From NCBI GenBank assembly GCA_002269645.1, contig NIVC01000093.1, positions 558,001 through 622,000 on the forward strand: a stretch of 64,000 nucleotides of DNA, given 5' to 3'. This DNA comes from Macrostomum lignano. Lineage: Eukaryota. The position numbers and the translations under genes are program-made. The notes beneath the pieces are model-generated. The model ran no database searches. It had not been told where the DNA came from and saw only the letters and a program-made list of their open reading frames with translations. Each line of letters starts with the position of its first letter. Position 1 is the stretch's first letter. Shown here one piece after another: positions 38,951 to 50,800 of this stretch.

Positions 38951-39356
38951 GAGACAGGATGAGAATCCAATAAACAAACGTAAGAGTCTGGGGAGTTTGA
39001 AGTAAAAGTTCGGAAGAAAGACAGTCAAGAGTTTTGGAGTGCTGTCAAAAAATTTCAGAGTCAAAAGAGACACTCAATACACTAGTTTTACAAATACTTC
39101 ACCGGCAGTAGTAAGTACTGCTTATAACTAAGCTCGCATGTATAGCATGATATATTATTGTTAGTTTTTTCTGTCCGTAACTAATGAGATGAGACTTTAA
39201 TGAGAAAATGCAAATGCAAAACAATTAATTGGATAGCATCAAGTTTCAGTAATTAAAGTAGTGCACCTGGTAATTAGTAGTATCTAATGCTTCAAGCAAG
39301 CATATAAAATCAAAGCGAAATTTGAGCACATGTACTGTCGTATCACGCATTCCGTA

Positions 39357-39554
39357 TCAGTTTTCTACTAGGCCTCGAAAATTTCTGGCAACCGCAATCG
39401 GCCTCTGCGACCAAGCATTTGTTGCCATGCAGCAGCGGGTGCTGCTGAAATCCGGAGCAGGATGGCTCTGATGGCCCGTGAGCTGCACCGCGTGACCTGC
39501 ATGTACGGCCGGAGGGTCATGTGGTTTGATGCGTGATCCCGAGTATCCAAATCC
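39357..39554 (-). CDS. GNPTAB: Probable terminal exon of GNPTAB (cytosolic tail) or 3' UTR exon
   Basis: Acceptor GTCTCAG| at 39556-39555 is in phase 0 with the donor TTC|GTGAGC at 53816. The region is a GC-rich unique island at the array edge. Confidence 0.4.
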   Translation of the reverse strand, partial: GFGYSGSRIKPHDPPAVHAGHAVQLTGHQSHPAPDFSSTRCCMATNAWSQRPIAVARNFRGLVEN

Positions 39555-39574
39555 CTGAGACCAATGGCTAATAT

Positions 39575-40331
39575 CCCAAATCCCCGATATCCCAATTCCT
39601 AACATCCCACCAATCTCGATCCTATATACAAATCCCCAATATTCCAATCTCTGATAGTGATAAATGTATTATGTATCCCAATCTCTAATATCCCTATCTC
39701 TAACATCCTAATCTCTGATATTTTAATCTCAGATATCCCAATCTCTGATATCCTAATCTCTGATATTTTAATCTCAGATATCCCAATCTCTGATATCTCT
39801 ATCTCTAACATCCTTATATCTCTGATATCCTAATCTCTGCGATATCCTAATCTTTGATATCCCAATCTCTGATATCCCAATATTTGATATCCCAATCTCT
39901 GATATCCTAATCTCTGATATCCTAATCTCTGATATCCTTATCTCTGATATCCCAATCTCTGATATCCTAATCTCTGATATCCCAATCTCTGATATCCCAA
40001 TCTCTGATATCCCAATCTCTGATATCCTAATCTCTGATATCCCAATCTCTAATATCCTAATCTCTGATATCCTAATCTCTGATATCCTTATCTCTGATAT
40101 CCCAATCTCCGATATCCCAATCTCTGATATCCCAATCTCTGATATCCCAATCTCTGATATCCCATCTCTGATATCCTAATCTCTGATATCCCAATCTCTG
40201 ATATCCCAATCTCTGATTTCCCTATCTCTAACATCCTTATCTCTGATATCCTAATCTCTGCGATATCCTAATCTTTGATATCTTAATCTCTGATATCCCA
40301 ATATTTGATATCCCAATCTCTGATATCCTAA
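39575..40331. repeat. 15-bp minisatellite (CTCTGATATCCCAAT), left segment
   Basis: The same array continues at 44349-44813 and, as a variant, at 53470-53650. Confidence 0.93.
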
Positions 40332-43300
40332 TGTAGTAGGGCATTATTTTTAGGAACGGGAATTAATGCAGGTTTAAATATGCTTTTACCCTACTAGCAG
40401 TAGTTTCAACCCGGGAAAATAACTAGAGCAGGGGTAAGTGGATAAAATCGGGGTTCCTTTAAAAATACAGAGCAGTTGGGCTCTTGGGAAAGAAAGCCTT
40501 TCGTTGGAGTGTCTTCTCCTGTTTAACTTAGAGAGTTCACGAAGAAGTGGTTGTTGTTAAAACGAGGTGCCGTCGAAACCGGCGCGGGTCAGTTCCGAAG
40601 AACTCTGCCGCAGTTATATTTTGTATTTGATCGAAAGAATTAAAAATATTTACAAGATTTCGATTTGAATATTTAATACGAATATTGAAATTAAAAATAT
40701 ACATATATAAAACTATTTTTCAATATTTTGCAGTATTTTGCACGCATTTGGGGATAAAAAAGAGGGGAGGGAAATCCCGCACAAAGAAGGGATCTAATAA
40801 AAACAGGACATCTAAAAAATACATGCTAGGTATTTGAAGGCTTATTGAGAATAAAAGCAAAACATTTAAGTAAAAAATAGAGATTAAAAATGCAATAGCG
40901 CATGTTTGAATTTAGTTGTAAAAATAGAATGAATATAGTAAAGGTGTAAAAAAGCAATTAGTGATATTTGTAGAGCAGTTGGGTAAAAAACACAGTTGGG
41001 AAAATTGTAAAAAGAAACGCGAGGAGACTAGAGATTGCCTAATCAGTCCTAATGACTGATCAGCCGATCTCCGTCTCAGGCAGCAAGTTTAGTTTTATTA
41101 GTTGCGTTTCAGAGCGTGGTCACTTCCGGTTTGGAAGGCTGGTAGCCAGCCTAACCCTGGGGTGGGATTCCCCTGTTTCTTTCCCGACGCCTCATGGCAT
41201 CCCAGAGGACATTGAGGACGGGGGTTCGGCCCGGAGCCCGAGGGGCTTCCGGCTCAATGTGGAAGCTGTGGAGCTTGGCTGCCCTCATCTTGAGCAGCCA
41301 AGCCACCCCAGCTGCTTGACCCTGTCTGCGAGCATCGGCATACCTGCCAGCTTGTGCAGGTATTCGATGCTGATGTAGGATGGCACACCATAGCAGATAC
41401 GGAGAGCCAGGTTTTGAATTTTTTGCAATTTGATTTGGTTAGTCGCACAAATTTGGCTCAGGATTGGCGCTCCGTAGGTGAGAGCGCTTTCTCCGTATGC
41501 CCTGTACAGCATTCTGAGGGTGGTGCTACTCAGCTTAGTCATTTTTGCAATTCTGCACAGTGACATTACAATGGCTCTGCTGGTATCTGCCATGTTGTCC
41601 ACATGTTTGTTCAGGCAGAGGCTCTGGTCAAGGAGGACACCCAGGAATTTCACCTCCTGACAGTACGGAACCTCAGTGTCCCCCAGATACAGTTTGGGTC
41701 GCAAGTCCATGCGCCTAGTGGGTTTGTAGTTGAAAGCGATTGCTTTGCTTTTCCCGGCATTCAGTCTAATGCCCTGTTTACCGCACCAGTCAAAGACTCG
41801 TCTGAGGTAGCTTTGAAGGGATGTTCGGAGCCCCGCAAAGGTGTCTGCTGAGGCCCAGACGGCCATGTCGTCTGCGAATTGACTGCGTTTGACGCTTGAG
41901 ATGGTGGGAGTCGGCATTGAGCTGACGAAGAGGAGGTACAGGAGAGGACTCAGAATGCCTCCCTGAGGGACGCCAGCCTGGATGGTGTGGGGATCGCTTA
42001 GGGCCCCCTCGATTCGAACCTGGATCTGTCTGTCTCGCAGGTAGTCAGACAGGATTCGCATGAGCATAGGTGGAAAACCATCGGTGAGCATGCTATGCCT
42101 GATCTTGTCGTGCCAGGTGGAGTCAAAAGCTGCCTCTGCATCCAGGAAGACTGCAGCGGACTTTTTAGCTTTGCACTTTGCTACCATGACATCTTGTGCC
42201 AGACGGCACAGGTTGTCATACGTGGAGTGAATTTTGCGGTAGGCGCATTGGTCATCTCCTAGGGTCTTATTATCCTCAAGGTGCTTGGTGAGTCTTTTTG
42301 CTATAAGCTTCTCAAACACTTTGCCCAGACATGAGGTCAGGCTGATTGGTCTGTAGGAGTTGGGGTGTTCGGGCGGTTTGTCCGGCTTGGGGATCATTGT
42401 CACCACAGCTTTCTTCCAGGCGCTGGGGAAAATCCCTCGACCGTAGCAGGCGTTGAAGAGGTTAGTGAGTCTCGTGATTGCCACCCCCTCTAAGCCCAGC
42501 TTGAGGACGCAGTTGGGAATCTTGTCCAGCCCGGGTGCTCCATCAGGCCTGAGGTGCTCCAGTTCCCACACTGTGTCTGCCACAGAGAATGCAGCATCAA
42601 GTGGGTGGGTCTCGATGGGTTCGATTCCCTCAGGAACGGGGTAGAATGAGGTGAGCTGTGCCACCTCGGCCACCTCACGTTTGAGCTGTTCGCATGTGGA
42701 AGGGACTGGGCGCATCTTTGAGTCCAGAGTTTCGGCTAGAAGGTTAGCCTTCTCCAGATCTGTGTGCGCAGTTGTTTGACCCAGGGTGAGGCTGGGGATG
42801 GAGGTTGGCTTAAATTTGCCCATCAGCTTTTTAGTGTCGTGCCAGAAATTCTTCACTTTCTTGTTCTTGCTATTTTCAACAATGCTCTCACAGACTTTGG
42901 TGAGCTTTCCATTCTGGAAGGCGCTAATTTCTCTTTTTATGCGATTTGCGAGCTGGTTTGCTTGGGTTTTGAAATTTTGATCCCGTGTGCTGAAGAAGAG
43001 GCGTCTGAGTCGTCTGCGCTCTTTGATCAGGTCGAGGATGTACTTGGGTAGGGCGTTTTTGGCACCACAGTCTGGTACTGTGGAGTCAATCACGGTGTGA
43101 ATGGCCTTTGTGATGTGATCCACTTCGGCATTGATTTGGTCAGCATTTGATAATTTAATATTCTGATCTGAGCTCAAAGCTTCACTGATTTTGAGTCTGA
43201 ACTCGTCCCAGTTTGTTTTTGAGAAGTTTTTGGGTCTGGGGGGACCAGCCCATTTCTTCGACTGAATATTGAGCGTGAGGATTATAGGTAAGTGGTCACT

Positions 43301-44348
43301 GCCCAGGTCAGGACCCACCTCAAAGTCCTGCACAAATGGGAGAAAGTCCTCAGTGGCCAGGGCGAGGTCCAAGACATTCCTAGAAATCAGCCCGTTTTTG
43401 GTGGCCAGTCTGGTGAACTGACCGGCCTGATTGAGTATGGTGGGCGAAGTGGGACCCTCAGACAGCCAGTCGTGCAGCTGGTAGCCAGCCATGTTGTTGC
43501 TGCTGTCACCCCCGAGGAAGCGGTGTCTAGCATTGAGGTCACCCATGAGCACACTGCGCCTACGGGAGAGAAGATTTTTGAGTAGGTTCAGGTTCAGGTG
43601 GTACGGTGCTGGAGACCTGTACACCAGAGCGAGATTGAAGTCAGGACCAGAGTTGTCAGACAAGCTCACGGTGCAGGAGATGGCTTCATGGTTGACATTG
43701 TCATACTGCAAGCGCACATTTGTGAGTTTGACGCGAGGAGAGTGAGCAAGGAGCAGCCCGCGTTTTACATGCGGGGTATCATACCGGATGATGGAGTACC
43801 CGGGAATCTGGACAGTGTGACAACTTTTGAGAATGGTCTCAGAGAAGAGGGCAATGTCTAGCTCCTGACTGACGACCCACTGTGTCAGCTCTCTGATTTT
43901 CGGGTTGAATCCTCTGCAGTTTAAATGCATAATCTTCAGGGCTGTGGTTTGATTGTTTGAGTCTACAGTTAACGCACTGAAGTTTCAATTCAAGTCTTGA
44001 GTTTAGCTGCCTGAGACTAGGGTTAGGCTTGCACAGAGGAGTCTTGCCTCTAAATATTGGGAGTCTTGCCCAACGCACAACGGGAATAAAACTAGGGAAT
44101 TAATGTAAAACAAATAACCTTTTGTACGCATTCTCTTTATTATTAAATATTTCCAACTGTTAACTATAATCTTTGGTGTCCTGACTCACTTCTTAATCTA
44201 AAGTACTGGAATTAGGGAAAGCAGGAAACCTGGTGGCAGCGAAACTACCAAATCTCAAATCAGTGCAGCAGACAATAATCCACTAGTAAAATCCTTAGCA
44301 GCAAATAGAAAACCAGTAGCCTAAACCGCAGGTACCACGACTTGTCCA
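40332..44348 (-). mobile_element. 4.0-kb single-ORF non-LTR-type retroelement inserted in the minisatellite
   Basis: Flanked by CTAA(T) duplication that restores the array unit GATATCCTAATCTCTG; termini read TGTAG...GTCCA. Confidence 0.8.
41285..43930 (-). CDS. APE endonuclease + reverse transcriptase (I/Jockey-group LINE ORF2-like), 881 aa
   Basis: EN motifs HLNCRG, SET, GDLNARH, LDLAL and SDHLPI. RT motifs PGLDKI, YRPISLTS, GVPQGGILSP, FADD and FLGV. A probable 1-nt frameshift near 41306 would extend the C-terminus to ~41150. Confidence 0.95.
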   Translation of the reverse strand: MHLNCRGFNPKIRELTQWVVSQELDIALFSETILKSCHTVQIPGYSIIRYDTPHVKRGLLLAHSPRVKLTNVRLQYDNVNHEAISCTVSLSDNSGPDFNLALVYRSPAPYHLNLNLLKNLLSRRRSVLMGDLNARHRFLGGDSSNNMAGYQLHDWLSEGPTSPTILNQAGQFTRLATKNGLISRNVLDLALATEDFLPFVQDFEVGPDLGSDHLPIILTLNIQSKKWAGPPRPKNFSKTNWDEFRLKISEALSSDQNIKLSNADQINAEVDHITKAIHTVIDSTVPDCGAKNALPKYILDLIKERRRLRRLFFSTRDQNFKTQANQLANRIKREISAFQNGKLTKVCESIVENSKNKKVKNFWHDTKKLMGKFKPTSIPSLTLGQTTAHTDLEKANLLAETLDSKMRPVPSTCEQLKREVAEVAQLTSFYPVPEGIEPIETHPLDAAFSVADTVWELEHLRPDGAPGLDKIPNCVLKLGLEGVAITRLTNLFNACYGRGIFPSAWKKAVVTMIPKPDKPPEHPNSYRPISLTSCLGKVFEKLIAKRLTKHLEDNKTLGDDQCAYRKIHSTYDNLCRLAQDVMVAKCKAKKSAAVFLDAEAAFDSTWHDKIRHSMLTDGFPPMLMRILSDYLRDRQIQVRIEGALSDPHTIQAGVPQGGILSPLLYLLFVSSMPTPTISSVKRSQFADDMAVWASADTFAGLRTSLQSYLRRVFDWCGKQGIRLNAGKSKAIAFNYKPTRRMDLRPKLYLGDTEVPYCQEVKFLGVLLDQSLCLNKHVDNMADTSRAIVMSLCRIAKMTKLSSTTLRMLYRAYGESALTYGAPILSQICATNQIKLQKIQNLALRICYGVPSYISIEYLHKLAGMPMLADRVKQLGWLGCSR

Positions 44349-44813
44349 CTAATCTCTGATATCCTAATCTCTGATATCCCAATCTCTGATATCCTTATCT
44401 CTGATATCCCAATCTCTGATATCCCAATCTCTGATATCCCAATCTTTGATATCCTTAATTCTATTATCCCAATCTCTGATAACCTAATCTCTGATATCCT
44501 TATCTCTATCATCCCATCTCTGATATCCCACTCCCTGATATCCTAATATCTGATATCCTAATCTCTGATATCCCAATCTCTGATATCCCAATCTTTGATA
44601 TCCCAATCTCTGATATCCCAATCTCTGATATCCCAATCTCTGATATCCCAATCTCTGATATCCCAATCTCTGATATCCTTATCTCTATTATCCCATCTCT
44701 GATATCCTAATCTCTGATATCCCAATCAACTGATATCCCAATCTCTGATATCCCAATCTCTGATATCCCAATCTCTGATTTCCTTATCTCTGATATCCCA
44801 ATCAACTGATATA
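44349..44813. repeat. 15-bp minisatellite, middle segment
   Basis: CTCTGATATCCCAAT units lying between the two insertions. Confidence 0.93.
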
Positions 44814-47800
44814 ACTACTAAGGGATTCCGTAAGTGTTGATTTTGGAGGTGGGGTGGGTGTCAACCCTCCTCGCCTCTCATTGGCTGGCGCCCCGATCAC
44901 TAGGTGATCGATACCCGTATCGATATCGGCGCTCGGCGCGCGCGCGCCGCAGGCGCGTGGCGCCAAGCGCCGTCCAGCCGCAGGCGACCCTCCCGAGCCA
45001 CCGGCGACCCTCCCCAGCCGCAGGCGCACCTACCGATATGTATGCTCACCCTACCGACATGTACCCCGATATGTACACCCTCCCGAGCCGCAGGCGCACC
45101 CTCCCGAGCCGTAGGCGCCCATGCCGCAGACGCCCATGCCGCAGACGCCCATGCCGCAGACGCCCATGCCGCAGGCACCCCGAGTGTACACTCTACCGAG
45201 CCGCAGGCACCCCGAGTGTACACTCTACCGAGCCGCAGGCACCCCGAGTGTACACTCTCCCGATATGTACACTCTACCACTCTCCCGATATGTAGTCAAC
45301 GATACGTACCCCGCAGGCACCCTATACCTCACGCCCTGCCCCCACCTAGCCTCTTCCCCTCTCTCACCCACATCTCAACTAGCGAAATCGAACCCAGGTC
45401 GCGCCCATACTAGGCCACTACACGGTTTGGGGGTATAGGGAGCGAGAAGTTTTAACCCCGATGCTGACGCAGCCCTGTACACTGAGCAACCAACCCCCCA
45501 TGCGGGGGACAGAGAGCAGCCCTGTAGCTGGGGACAGAGAGCAGCCCCTGTAGCAGGAGGGGTAGTGCGTGGAGAGCCGCCATCCCCCTGTAGCAGGGGA
45601 CAGATAACAGGCGGCCCCCTGTAGCAGTATGAGGCGGGGTACAGAGAGACACGGGGTGCTGGGACAGAGAGTGCGTGGAGGCACCCTGCGCAGCCCCGGC
45701 ATGTCGCAGCACGCGGCGTGGACAGAGAGGCGCATGCTAGGACAGAGAGGCAGTGTGAGTCACACACACCCCACAGAGAAAGCCATACAGAGGATAGAGA
45801 GCTCCCTCCCCAGTTGCAGGGGACAGAGAGGCAGGCAGGGTATGCAGGGGCATGCGAACCGTCAAGGGGCCACGCGAGGATAGAGTGGAGGAGCAGAGAT
45901 GTGTATGGACAGAGAGCCAGCCACGCGTGCGTAGTGTGAGGGAACAGAAACATATGGAGCAGGAGGGAGATAGGAAGCAAACGCGCTGGGTAAGGGAGCC
46001 ACACAGGGCGGTACAGTGAGACACGGGCAGGGGTGGAGCCGTGCGTGGACAGAGCTGAACGGCACGGTCAGCTGCAGGAATAGGATGATAGAGAGGCGCG
46101 GAGGGGGACAGAGAGCAGTGTGCAGGGGTAGGCAGCCACGCAGGCTGGGGAACAGAGAGGCGCGTGTCAGGCAGTTGCAGCCCGGGACAGAGAAGTATGA
46201 AGGGGGGGCCTGGGACAGAGTTGCGAGCAAGGCACAGAGAGAGGTAGGGTCCGGTAGCTATGTATAGGCAGGGACCCACGCGAGGGCAGGACAGGGCACG
46301 CAAGGCATGCAAGTTACATGCAAGGGCAGTGAGGTGTGCGCGGAGGGAGACAGAGAGCAGTGTGTAGGGGTAGGTAACAGCAAACTTTAGTAGAGGCGCG
46401 TGCGGGGACGGAGAAACCAGTCTGAGCGTACAGAGACGTTACAGAGAGGTACACAAACAGAGACCAAAGCGGGCAGAGCACGTGTAGGGACAGAGACGTG
46501 AGGGAGAATCGACCAAAACACGCTATGTATTTTCAAAAGTTGGTTTTAGTGCAGCATATTTAATAACGGGTAGTATAATAGTATGTACATAGTAGGTATA
46601 ATGGTAGTAATAATAGTAAGTATATTAGCCCAAAAGGTAGGCTAAAACAGGCTAAACTGTGTGTACGCATCCTCATCACCCCACAAGCCCCCTCTCCCGC
46701 CAGACTCACTCTCCCAAACCCTCCTGTATTGCTGTATGAAGGAAAATATAGTGTAAAAATACAGATCTTAACCGTCAGACCGCTGAAATCAGGGCACACT
46801 AGAGGGGGTTTCGGGGTCTGCATGCTCTATGTAAGCTGCTTGAGGAGGTTCCAAGGGCGTTGTGAGGGTTTCCATTATGTTTTGAAAAAACTAGGGGCTT
46901 AAATACAACGTTTTATTCAAAAAGTAGGTTATTTTAATGAAATAGCTGACACAATCATTGTCGAGAGTAGAAATTTTTATAAGAAACCAGGCATTTTAGC
47001 AAAAATAAACCTTCAAACCACATAAAATTGAATAAAAAGCAGACATTTTCAATTATAAACCGCAAGTATTTTAATAGAAAAGTAAGCAAACAAGGCACAA
47101 AACCAGCAAATTTTACCTTTCTATTTTAATGTTACTGATAAGGTAGAGAGTAGAAACTTGTGAGCTGTACGGAGTTAGAAAGTATTAACCATTATGTATC
47201 GTATGAATTATTAGTTCAGTACCAGCCATTGGTCAAGCGAGCATTTATGAAGTTATTACGAGTGATGAAGGGATAGAGAGCTATATACAGGAAGACAGTA
47301 TCCTTCTAAACCACCACGAACAGATTGCTAATAGAGATAAGCTTTGTCTGTGTGCAGTATGAGTAAGCGAGGGCGGGGCAAATACTTTTCCACATGCCGG
47401 ACAGAACAGTATTGTGCTAGGATTTCTCTCGAAATCACGGTACGTTACTAGTTTTTATCACACCATCCAGATGCGTCAACTAGTCAGCAGTAGTCATTTA
47501 TATGTTATTAGAACTTGCAAACCCAGGTCAGGTAAATATTACAAAGAGTATATTACGTACACACGCCAACTCCGAATACCAAGCCATACTAGTCTACTTG
47601 CAGTGCTCCTGGAGGGAAGGGACGGTCAAGAGTTACACAACAAGAATACATTCACACAAAGAGTACACCACTCGAGCCCCGTCCATGCGCCCCGATATGT
47701 ATGATGCAGGCAACCCTCCGATATGTATGCCCTCCCGAGCCGCAGGCGCCCATGCAGCAGACGCCCATGCCGCAGGCACCCCGAGTGTACACTCTACCGA

Positions 47801-50800
47801 GCCGCAGGCGCCCGAGTGTACACTCTACCGATATGTACACTCTACCACTCTCCCGATATGTGTGTACATCGATTTGTAGTCAACAATACCTATTAACACA
47901 AAATTAGGCTAGTGAAAACTACTTATAGTAGGTGAAATTGCGTATATTTACATAAAAAGTAAGCAAAACACATATTAATCACATCAGTAGGTGTAAATAT
48001 CGGTGCATAATACATATTACGAAACATATAGGTGTACGGACATATAGAATTAAGCATATGGGCAGCAAAAAACACACAATGTAGGTGCATTTTATCGATA
48101 TTTTGGCAGAAAAGTAGGTGAAATAGACAAAATAGTAGGTATAATACACAGAACCTACTCATTAGTGTAGTAGGCGCTTGTAGATGCTAGTATATTGTAA
48201 AACATAGGTTGAAATACACATACGCACAGTAGATACAAGTATAATGCAGGTGCATATGCACACACTATAGATTCGAATTATGTAGATGCATAGGCTAAAA
48301 TACACACACCGTAGAGGTAGAAGCAGGCATAATGCAGGAAAATTATGATACATATTAGTGCGTAAAGTATCATATTATGACACGCTGTAGCACATATTGA
48401 CATAATGCAGGGGAAAATATTGACAGAAATAGTGCACAATTGTAGAGGTAACAACCCGCCAACTAGTAAGGGCATCCAGCACTTGTTCGGGTTATTATTA
48501 TTTCGAGACGAGTGTCATGCCCCCGCAAGAGATCTTATCAGAAATTTGTTGAACTCCACTGCAACTCTCCCAGAGCCTCCAAATGTGAGTTTTTAACCCA
48601 GGGTCGAGTACAAAGGACCCGCCCACTCTTAACCCCAAGGGGTGATCGTAGCGGAGACCAAGTACAGTGCGGACGGAGAGGGGTAACAGAAAGCGCTGCA
48701 TCAGACCGCAGGGCTGCATTCCTCCCCCGAGGTAGGCGCGTCAGCTCCCACTCCTCATTTAACCATCAAGTAAACTAAAGAAGTCAAGCAGAAAGCCTTA
48801 CAATCACCCGCAACCAGCACAAGTAAGAGTACTTTCCACTAGAGAGCCATAGTGCAAGATTCGCGAGCCAAGTTGAAGAAGCACACCAAATTACACTAAA
48901 GACATATGTATTAAAAAGCATACCGGCACCTCTACAAAAACACAGTATGTACCGATTAAAGTTGCTTTTGGTGCAGTGTATTTAATAAAAAGCTGGTACA
49001 AACACACACACACACACACACACTCAGGCGCATCCTGCAGCGCATCCTGCAGCACCGATCGCCGCAGGCGATGGCGCCATCGGCAGGAAGCTCTTGCTGT
49101 GAATACACCTGAGTGTGTGTGTGTGTGTGTGTGTTTGTGTACATTGTGTACATTGTGTACATTTGGTCCTATATACCGGAAATTGCGTACATTTATGCGT
49201 ACAATTATGTCTATGCGCTACATTGTGTGTAGTTCGTTGCCCTGCGTTTGTAAATACAGTTTAGCCCGTGCACTGCATTGATGCCTACTTTTGTGTTAGG
49301 TACCAGCTTTTTATTAAATACACTGCACCAAAAGCAACTTTAATCGGTACATACTGTGTTTTTGTAGAGGTGCCGGTATGCTTTTTAATACATATGTCTT
49401 TAGTGTAATTTGGTGTGCTTCTTCAACTTGGCTCGCGAATCTTGCACTATGGCTCTCTAGTGGAAAGTACTCTTACTTGTGCTGGTTGCGGGTGATTGTA
49501 AGGCTTTCTGCTTGACTTCTTTAGTTTACTTGATGGTTAAATGAGGAGTGGGAGCTGACGCGCCTACCTCGGGGGAGGAATGCAGCCCTGCGGTCTGATG
49601 CAGCGCTTTCTGTTACCCCTCTCCGTCCGCACTGTACTTGGTCTCCGCTACGATCACCCCTTGGGGTTAAGAGTGGGCGGGTCCTTTGTACTCGACCCTG
49701 GGTTAAAAACTCACATTTGGAGGCTCTGGGGAGAGTTGCAGTGGAGTTCAACAAATTTCTGATAAGATCTCTTGCGGGGCATGACACTCGTCTCGAAATA
49801 ATAATAACCCGAACAAGTGCTGGATGCCCTTACTAGTTGGCGGGTTGTTACCTCTACAATTGTGCACTATTTCTGTCAATATTTTCCCCTGCATTATGTC
49901 AATATGTGCTACAGCGTGTCATAATATGATACTTTACGCACTAATATGTATCATAATTTTCCTGCATTATGCCTGCTTCTACCTCTACGGTGTGTGTATT
50001 TTAGCCTATGCATCTACATAATTCGAATCTATAGTGTGTGCATATGCACCTGCATTATACTTGTATCTACTGTGCGTATGTGTATTTCAACCTATGTTTT
50101 ACAATATACTAGCATCTACAAGCGCCTACTACACTAATGAGTAGGTTCTGTGTATTATACCTACTATTTTGTCTATTTCACCTACTTTTCTGCCAAAATA
50201 TCGATAAAATGCACCTACATTGTGTGTTTTTTGCTGCCCATATGCTTAATTCTATATGTCCGTACACCTATATGTTTCGTAATATGTATTATGCACCGAT
50301 ATTTACACCTACTGATGTGATTAATATGTGTTTTGCTTACTTTTTATGTAAATATACGCAATTTCACCTACTATAAGTAGTTTTCACTAGCCTAATTTTG
50401 TGTTAATAGGTATTGTTGACTACAAATCGATGTACACACATATCGGGAGAGTGGTAGAGTGTACATATCGGTAGAGTGTACACTCGGGGCGCCTGCGGCT
50501 CGGTAGAGTGTACACTCGGGGTGCCTGCGGCATGGGCGTCTGCTGCATGGGCGCCTGCGGCTCGGGAGGGCATACATATCGGGAGGGTTGCCTGCATCAT
50601 ACATATCGGGGCGCATGGACGGGGCTCGAGTGGTGTACTCTTTGTGTGAATGTATTCTTGTTGTGTAACTCTTGACCGTCCCTTCCCTCCAGGAGCACTG
50701 CAAGTAGACTAGTATGGCTTGGTATTCGGAGTTGGCGTGTGTACGTAATATACTCTTTGTAATATTTACCTGACCTGGGTTTGCAAGTTCTAATAACATA

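Noticed and set aside
15864-39073. Long repetitive ORFs (SCKSAPL, THTNLS, GYQSGY, RIRFGIL, and the 844-aa SVSWTLNL ORF)
   Set aside because: In-frame readings of minisatellites, open in several frames with no unique sequence.
38960-39080. Short LINE-linker-like peptide (KDSQEFWSAVKKFQ)
   Set aside because: Too short to support a call.
48480-48790. Possible ribozyme or structured RNA in the foldback arm (GGGTC...GACCC and ACCCC-AA-GGGGT hairpins)
   Set aside because: No hammerhead, twister or HDV core could be matched by eye; an Infernal search would be needed.
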